Below are positions 55,624 to 64,000 of a stretch of DNA of 64,000 bases, one piece after another. The stretch comes from Octopus vulgaris (Eukaryota), in NCBI GenBank assembly GCA_951406725.2, contig OX597828.1:11160001-11224000 (forward strand), given 5' to 3'. The notes under the pieces are model-generated. The model saw only the letters and a list, made by a program, of their open reading frames with translations, ran no database searches and was not told the DNA's origin. Both the position numbers and the translations under genes were made by a program. Position 1 is the stretch's first letter; each line of letters opens with the position of its first letter.

Positions 55624-56205
55624 TGTTAGTACAAAGAAAACAATTGTTTAGAAGTATTATAATAATAGTAATATTTAACTGATCCCGGCGGACGCCTTGT
55701 GAAGATTTGATTGATATGTATTGGACTGGAGACACTTCCCTGTAGTCCTTGGTACCGGGGTTCGAACTTTGAACATATTTACAAAATATTGAAGACAAAA
55801 CATAAATCGAACACCATCTATACCTGTTGACGTCCTATGAGCTAAAAAACATTTTTGTGATATTCTAAATAAATGTTCGTATATATAATAGCGATGAATG
55901 TAGCGGTGAGGGTGAGGGTGTGGCTGTGGAACAATAATGGAAGTTTATCTTTTCGAATTAAACAATATTGTTATAAATGAAATATAGCGTCCTATACCTG
56001 TAATAGAACGACCAAAAATAAAAATAAGTTATAGACACACACACGCACACACATACACATACGTATATACATATACAAAAAGACACTCATATACACACAC
56101 AAATATGTATAAATATAATTATGAATATATGTATATATATATTTATCTATACATATATGTATGCACACACACACATACATAAATGCATATATCTACATAC
56201 ATACA

Positions 56206-56244
<39 letters not shown>

Positions 56245-56323
56245 GTATATGTATATATATATATATAAATATTATAAATATGTGTATATATATATATAAA
56301 TATGTATATATATTTATATATAA

Positions 56324-56426
<103 letters not shown>

Positions 56427-57634
56427 CATATACATATATACATACTATAAAATCAACTAATCTCTTTAATAATGACATTTTGAAAATAACTTACAGAGAG
56501 ATAGATACCAAAATGAAAGTAAAGTTCTAGAATCACACAGCAGAAAGTCTTATGATTAATAGTATAAGACAATTGCCATAAGTAATCAAGCGTCAAGAGG
56601 ATTGCTAGACATCGAAATCTCTAAGGGTTCCCAATAATGTTAAGGTTTTTCTAAGGAGTTATTATTCTCTTTAATAGCCTTTATGTTTCAGTTGATATGA
56701 CATTATCGGGAACATATTTAACTGAAGAATTTTCCCATGGTGTTAGTTTATCATCTTTACTTGTGGTCAATGTTTGCAATTAATTGCTTCTCAAATGGAG
56801 CGGTGCATCTGGCCTACCCCGCTGATCGCTTACAGTGCTTTATTTTAAATACTTATCCTTTAACTGACGCACTTGTATTTGTATACACGCACACATATGT
56901 TTGTATGAATGTATGTATGTATGTATCTATGTATGTATCTATGTATGTCTCTATATGTGTGTGTGTATATATGTATCTATGTATGTCTGTATGCGTATAT
57001 ATGTGTGTGGGTGTACATACATACACGCATATATGTATACATATACATATGTATATAATCACACGCGTGTGTTTCGATATACATTTGTATTCATGTACGT
57101 ATGTATAAATATGTGTGTGTATATATATATATATATATATAAACAGGTCATTTGGTAATTTTTTAAATATCTCTACTTAATATGACTATTTATATGCATA
57201 ACTATGTGTGTGTATATATATATATATATACATGTGTGTCTCTCTGTGTGCGTATGTGTGTGTCTTTATGTGCATGTGTGTATGTGTGTGTGTGTGCGTG
57301 TCTGTATATAATTATGTAGATGGGCATGTATGTATTTATAGATAAATAGATAGATAGATAGATATATCTTACTTATGCACATGCATTTATGAAGATACAT
57401 ATGAGCTCATTTACGTACATAGAATAATATTTTTAAATGCGTGTAATTGCTTCAAACGGTTAGTATATCGATGATTATCATTTAGTAGAGAAAGAATACT
57501 TAATATTATGAGAGTAATCAAAATTGCTCACACACACAGATTTCTACAAGCAATTGAAGGCTATAGGTAATTGCCTATATTTTAAACAGGTAACACTGGT
57601 GGATTAATATATAAGACGTAATGCATAAACTTTT

Positions 57635-58245
57635 CAAAATTTGGCGCAATGCCAACAATTTCGAAGGAAGGGTTAAATTGATTATCTCGACACCAGTCCT
57701 CATCCGGCACTCTTTCTTTTTTCTTTATTGCCCACAAGGGGCTAGACATAGAGGGAACAAACAAGGACATACAAAGGGATTAAGTCGATTATACCGACTC
57801 CAGTGCGTAATTGGTTCTTAATTTATCGACCTCGAAAGGATGAAAGGCAAAGTCGGCCTCGGCGGAATTTGAACTCAGAACGTAACTGCAGACGAAATAC
57901 CTATTTCTTTACTACCCACAAGGGGTTAAACACAGAGAGGACAAACAAGGACAGACAAACGGATTAAGTCGATTATATCTACCCCAGTGCGTAACTGGTA
58001 CTTATTTAATCGACCCCGAAAGGATGAAAGGCAAGGTCAACCTCGACGGAATTTGAACTCAACGTAACTGCAGATGAAATACCTCTGAGCATTTCGCCCG
58101 GCGTGCAAACGTTTCTGCCAGCTTGCCGCCTTATCCGGCACTCTTTCTATTGATCCCAGAAGAATGAAAGGCAGAGGTGACTTCGCCGGAATGTAACCAA
58201 GAATATTGCCCAGAATGCCAACGATTCTGCTGGCTCGCCGCCCCT
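57635..58245 (-). mobile_element. SINE A dimer (57718-58132) inserted within an older short-tail SINE A
   Basis: 16-bp TSD ATCCGGCACTCTTTCT at 57702-57717 and 58133-58148; host head at ~58245 and tail at ~57640. Confidence 0.92.
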
Positions 58246-58556
58246 AAGGGAAGAAACACATAGTGTTAAAAATTGACATGAAAGATTGTTAAATGAACTC
58301 ACTATAGTATTCTCTCACACTCACAAATTTTCGGAGTCTTCTTCGTTCAGGTCACGATATACCTTGAAATTTACCGGAAAAGAGGTTTTTTGAGGCGATA
58401 AATGGAATTGGATCTTTACTCAAGTAGAACATCTATATTAAGTTAGACATTGCCGAATCACAAAAGGTAACTCTACTAAAGTGAGAACTCGGATAACAAA
58501 AACCCGTGAATACTGTTAATCCAGTAGCGAGCGTGTTACTCTTCGTATGCAATATA

Positions 58557-58691
<135 letters not shown>

Positions 58692-58718
58692 CTATCTATC
58701 TATCTATCTATCTATCTA

Positions 58719-58940
58719 AGGCGGTGATCTGGCAGAATCATTAGCACGCAGGAGGAAATGCTTAGCGGCATTTCGTCCGTCTTTCCATCCTGAGTTCAAA
58801 TTCTGCTGAGGCCGACTTTGCCTTTCTTGCTTTCGGAGTCGACAAACTTAGCACTTGTTGAGCACTGGGGTTAATGCAATCGACTTATTCTCCACACCCA
58901 AGAACTTGTCGGCTTTTGTGCCAAAATTTTATACCAATAT
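58719..58940 (+). mobile_element. SINE A short-tail copy
   Basis: GGCGGTGATCTGGCAGAATCATTAGCAC..TGAGTTCAAATTC..GGCTTTTGTGCCAAAATTT. Confidence 0.88.
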
Positions 58941-58991
58941 TATGTCCTGTTTTCTCACTCTGTTTTTTTTTTTTTTTGTCTCTCTCTCTAC

Positions 58992-59263
58992 GTGCAACAT
59001 TTCCTCTTTCCAAAAATTAAATCCTGCTTGAAAGGAAGAAATTTTCGTGACATTGGGGAAATCAATGTGAATGCGACCAGACAACCGCTGATTATCCCAG
59101 AAAATGAGTTCCAGGAATGCTTCAGTCAATGGAAACAGTGCTGGATTAAATATGTTGCTTCCAAAGGGGACTACTTTGAAGGATACTAAATGCCAAATTG
59201 GTACGTGTTGTAGTTTTGTCTTTATAGTACCAGCCCGGATACTCATTGATCAGATCTCATGTA
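58992..59263 (+). mobile_element. mariner right end (transposase C-terminus plus TIR)
   Basis: FLFPKIKSCLKGRNF..FQECFSQWKQCWIKYVASKGDYFEG*; CCCGGATACTCATTGATCAGATCTCATG-TA. Confidence 0.9.
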
Positions 59264-59267
59264 TATA

Positions 59268-59327
<60 letters not shown>

Positions 59328-59360
59328 CATTATTATTATTACTATTATTATTATTATTAC

Positions 59361-59442
<82 letters not shown>

Positions 59443-59901
59443 TTACTCTCGGGATTAAAGCGAGAAAATAAATTTAAACCTAAAGCAATTCTGCAGCAAT
59501 AAATAAAGTCAAACAATAACAGAAATGTCTTCTAATGACATATTTTCGTTTACTGTTTTATATTTAAATTATTAAAAGCTTTGTTCATAAATCTTCGGGA
59601 TATATTTCAAATACTGAAATAAAAAGTATTTCATTATTCATTATTGTTAATATTATAAAAATTGAACAAACTGCTTTCATGTGTTTTTTGTTTTTTTTCT
59701 TTTCTGACTCTTTTCATTCTCTGTTCAACTTCTGTCGAGGTCCACTTTGCTTTTCGTCCCTCCAAAGCCGATAAATTAAAGTACCCGTCAGGTACAAAGT
59801 ATAGGTAGTATCGATTAATCCATGAAAATCATTTCCCTACAAATTTCTTAAATCAGAAAATAATAATAATAATAATAATAATGATAATAATAATAATAAT
59901 G

Positions 59902-59977
<76 letters not shown>

Positions 59978-59978
<1 letters not shown>

Positions 59979-60500
59979 GGCAGTGGCTCTCATGGCTTCT
60001 GATCTTAACTGATTGGAAGTGTTATCATGTACATTGTTTTGTCTTGGTATAAAAGATGGGCTACAGCAAATATTCTGCTCAATACCACAGATTTGCTTGT
60101 CAGTTGTTTGACCTTAACCAGTTAAGCATGTCCCTTAGTGGCTGACGATCACGAACAGAAGTAGTGGGGGAGTATCATAGCCATGTGTTGAGAGGGATTC
60201 ATTGGGGTTTTAATAATTCACCTCTGGAAACATGGGTGGTTCTTTCAACATCCTTAAACAATCCTTATTCAGGGACCTTTTGAGTGGGATGGGTTACTCG
60301 ACCTGAAGAAAATTCTAACTGGGCCCCACCTGCAAGGTCATGTGCTGTTTATCTTGATATGAGATCACCATGTCGCGCACATATGGTTGTGATGCATGTA
60401 CCTGGTGTACCCTTATCAGACGGGTAGTCATGATGGGTATATTGGGCGTCGTATATTTTACCCCAGTGTCACTTTGATGGCATGAACTGCTCTCTCACTC
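59978..60500 (+). mobile_element. Family D element embedded in (AAT)n
   Basis: Reverse complement of 21789-22342 lacking ~17 bp at one end; (AAT)n on both sides. Confidence 0.88.
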
Positions 60501-60552
<52 letters not shown>

Positions 60553-60840
60553 TCGCTATGTGGCAGCTACGAATGTCAAACATAAAGTTGTTCCTATTGT
60601 CATTGGAGCCTAGAGTTCAATACCACCCAACCTGGAAAAAATCTGGAAACTTTACAAATACTCTACAATCTAGGTGTCCTGCAAAAATCGGCATCACTTG
60701 GAACTGCCCGAATATTGCGTAAAGTACTGTCTGTCTGAGGTCCTCTTTGTGACTTGATATACATTACATGCCCCCCGCAGACAAAATATTTTCAATTAAC
60801 ATCACGATATTGGATACTGTGCGAAGTCTTAAATAATATT
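60553..60840 (+). mobile_element. R4/Dong-like LINE extreme 3' end
   Basis: MWQL..KVVPIVIGA*SSIP..LQKSASLGTARILRKVLSV*; starts in (AAT)n and ends in AAT repeats. Confidence 0.88.
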
Positions 60841-60844
60841 AATA

Positions 60845-61091
60845 ATGGTTTTAAATTTTGCCAATGATATCCATTATTCCCTACCAACACCACTCAACCC
60901 ACAGCAATTTGGGGGAGGGGATTATCCAATTACAACCACTCCAAAGTATCGCTGGTACTTGATTTATCGACTCCGAAAGGATGACGGGCAAAGTCAACCT
61001 CGGCGAAATTTGAACTCAGAACGTAGCGACGGTCGAAATACCGCTAAGCATTATGTCCAGCATGCCAACGATTCTGCCAGCTCGCCGCCTT
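60845..61091 (-). mobile_element. SINE A short-tail copy
   Basis: CGAAAGGATGACGGGCAAAGTCAACCTCGGCGAAATTTGAACTCAGAAC..CTGCCAGCTCGCCGCC. Confidence 0.88.
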
Positions 61092-61092
61092 C

Positions 61093-61111
61093 AATAATAA
61101 TAATAATAATG

Positions 61112-61208
<97 letters not shown>

Positions 61209-61231
61209 TAATAATAATAATAATAATAATA

Positions 61232-61271
<40 letters not shown>

Positions 61272-61279
61272 TGATGATG

Positions 61280-61328
<49 letters not shown>

Positions 61329-61348
61329 TGATGATGATGATGATGATG

Positions 61349-61414
<66 letters not shown>

Positions 61415-61457
61415 TGTGACGATGATGATGATGATGATGACGATGATGATGATGATA

Positions 61458-61507
<50 letters not shown>

Positions 61508-61510
61508 GAG
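61093..61510. repeat. (AAT)n/(GAT)n microsatellite
   Basis: Direct inspection. Confidence 0.97.
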
Positions 61511-61514
61511 GATA

Positions 61515-61775
61515 TGCTGACTCGAGAATAGACGAATGAAATGTGGAATATAAAAGCAAGACCAGTACCAATTCGAATTGGAGCACTTGGGTCGGTGACG
61601 AAAATCTTTCAGAACCACGTTAACACAACTGGAATCTGTCCCACGTTACGTCGTTGTAAAAGACAACACTTTTAGGAACAGCAAATGTCTTGCTAAAAGT
61701 AATATCAATCTGAGGTTACGTAACTTGAGAGGCAGTGATAACAAGACCATCAGTAGGCAAATGAAGTGATAATAA
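61515..61775 (+). mobile_element. R4/Dong-like LINE 3' end, older
   Basis: EMWNIKARPVPIRIGALGSV..LLGTANVLLKVISI*. Confidence 0.75.
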
Positions 61776-61954
61776 TAAAAATCATTTGGGCGCCGGACAA
61801 AAGCCGTGCGACATTTATTTTAAGTTCGCAATTCAAAACCCGCAAAGGTCAACTTTGCCTTCCGTCTCTCTTGGATTGATAAAATAGAATACCAGTTTGG
61901 TACTGAGGTCAATGATATCGATTATTCCCCAGCAACAGCATTCAACCTACATCT

Positions 61955-62168
61955 TTTCTCTTATATTTTCTCTTTTACTTGTTTCAGTCATTTGACTGCA
62001 GCCATGCTGGAGCACCTCCTTTGGTCGAACAAATTGACCCCAGGACTTATTCTACCGGTATCTATTGCCGAACCGCAAAGTTACGGGGAAGTAAACACAC
62101 CAGCATCGGTTGTCAAGCGATGTTGGGGGAGCACACGCAGACACACGGACATATACACACGCATACAT

Positions 62169-62200
<32 letters not shown>

Positions 62201-62355
62201 GTAAACGTATATACGACAAGCTTCTTTCAGTTTCCGTCTACCAAATCCACTCACAAGGCTATGGTCGGCAGTCCGAGGCTATAGTGGAAGATACTTGCCC
62301 AAGGTGCCACGCAGTGGGATTGAACCCGGAACCATGTGGTTGGTAAGCAAACTAT
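61955..62355 (-). mobile_element. SINE family B, near full-length
   Basis: Reverse complement of the 48953 copy incl. CACCTTGGGCAAGT CORE-like motif. Confidence 0.9.
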
Positions 62356-62559
62356 TTATATCAGATAGAAAAATTATTCTTTCGGACAGAATCAATACAG
62401 CGTCGGACAGTGGCAATATTTCGTCCGGCTTTCGCATTCTTATTCCCAATGCTCCAAAAGTAATCCTTGGCTTTCAGCCGCCTAAGCTCGGAAATTTTTT
62501 TTTTTTTTTTTTGGCGATCGAGCAGTGAGGCAGTCATAATGTACTATAGTATAACAGCA

Positions 62560-63900
62560 ATACCTTTAATCTACTATGTATAACTTTGAATCTGTGTTAG
62601 TAAACAGTGTACCTAGGGTAGTGGTTAACAGAATTGATACCCTGTATATTATCAGTTTGTGTAGAATCCCTTCTCTTCATTTTCACCATTCATTGTCAGT
62701 AATAAAGTCTTCCAATTACTCAGCCTCAACTATATCTCCTGTTCATTCTTTTAATTTTATCTGATTTCCAGCTGTCGCTCGTTAATCTCTTGTCAAAGAC
62801 ATCCAATCATCCGGGCACAATATATCTCTTGTTGATCATTCTTCTAACTTCATCTGACGTCTCTCTGAACTCTCTCAACTACTGCCAGTTTCTCGATTAT
62901 CTCTTGTCCAATATTTCAGATATCTATCTCAGATTAATTCTCTCTGATATTTCTATCCTCGTTCTCTTCAATACGCACAATTTTCCTGGATCTCGCGTCC
63001 TTCCTTCTCAAACATTGCTCGTACAGAAGCCATGTCGTTTGTTATTTTGAACTTCTTGTACCAGTTAGGAACCACGTCTCTCGGTATCCATGACTTCACA
63101 TCATTAAATGCTTTCGCAGACTTCTATACACAGCTTTTAGCCAGTTACAGTCCTTGCATCCAACGTACTACCATCAATGCCGAATTCAGACAAGACAGCA
63201 CACTCAACATATTTTACCATACAGCACATAAACTGGTCGTTAAATCTGCCTAAAATAATAGTTGATTATACCTCAGACGGCGCCGCTGTCTCTTTAAAGA
63301 AAATAAAGCAAGAACACTCCGCATAACTTATTCCAAAAAAACATAAAAAGACACGATTATTCTGAATGAAATGCAATTGATCATAAGTAAACACGAGCAC
63401 GACTGGTCTAACCCAGCACAAGAACAAAACAATACAACACATTCTCACCTCATCATTTTTGGCATATTCAAATGGCAAAATGCTTATACGGACAAGTTAT
63501 TCGGAGTCATTAGAATGAAGGACAAAAAGCCTTGTAGTATCTGTTCCAGTTTATTGCCCTCACAGTTCGAATCTCCCTTGGGATATATTTACTTTTCACA
63601 ATTTCAGCTCTTTACGTTATCGGTCAATTCTGCTGGAACCAACTTTATCTTTCACCCCTCTAGGATTTTCCTGCTCCTTTTGCTTCTAATTCCTCTGTAT
63701 ATATGCAACAAAACCCTTCTGAGGTCTTTTTTTATTCATGTCTTTTACATCACCATCGATAGGAATAACCAACTGTAAAGTGTGAAGGTTCCTCCTGATA
63801 CTCCAACTGGATGAGTGGTCCTGGAAATTTCTCAACACTAACATGGTGCTTGCCTCAGCTAAAGCTACTGTTTTCATCTAATGCCTCAAGCTTTCGGTCT
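62560..63900 (-). mobile_element. Decayed APE-type LINE ORF2 (EN-RT region)
   Basis: GDSNC (GDFN-like) near 63570 and YRxSILLTTTLGTLFT (NYRGITLLSTLGKLF-like) near 62600-62650; many stops. Confidence 0.5.
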
Positions 63901-63925
63901 TGTTCTTTTTTCTTCTCTCTCAAGA

Positions 63926-64000
63926 CAACCAGCTGGCATAATTGTTAGCAAACGGTCAAAATGCTTAGCGACGTTCCGTCCGTCTATACGTTCTGAGTTC
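63926..64000 (+). mobile_element. SINE A head running off the window
   Basis: AGCTGGCATAATTGTTAGC..AATGCTTAGCG..GTTCTGAGTTC. Confidence 0.8.

Noticed and set aside
55677-55895. Possible Helitron-like fragment
   Set aside because: Terminal motifs only loosely similar; single copy in window

Overview
AT-rich eukaryotic non-coding DNA (intron or intergenic), almost entirely microsatellites and transposable-element debris. The repeat repertoire (several tRNA-headed SINE families, R4/Dong, RTE, CR1, Tx1/L1-like and Penelope retroelements, mariners, very long (TA)n/(GATA)n/(AAT)n tracts) suggests an octopus/cephalopod genome; this is an inference from recognised repeats, not a database result. No intact host gene is supported. 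Most ORF-track entries are microsatellite or SINE artefacts, and the protein-like ones are decayed transposase/RT/endonuclease fragments. Family letters A-F are my own labels. Most notable: (1) multiple type-I hammerhead ribozyme motifs (Penelope/retrozyme-like, including C3-G8 to U3-A8 covariants) in short inserts in (TA)n tracts or in palindromic units; (2) a TSD-flanked palindrome joining a tRNA-like head to a hammerhead-bearing Penelope-type end; (3) the most abundant SINE shares its 3' end with a Tx1/L1-like LINE sitting in (GATA)n and forms self-nested arrays; (4) modular head/tail swapping among SINEs; (5) a ~550 bp non-coding element tied to (AAT)n next to Dong/R4 LINE ends.
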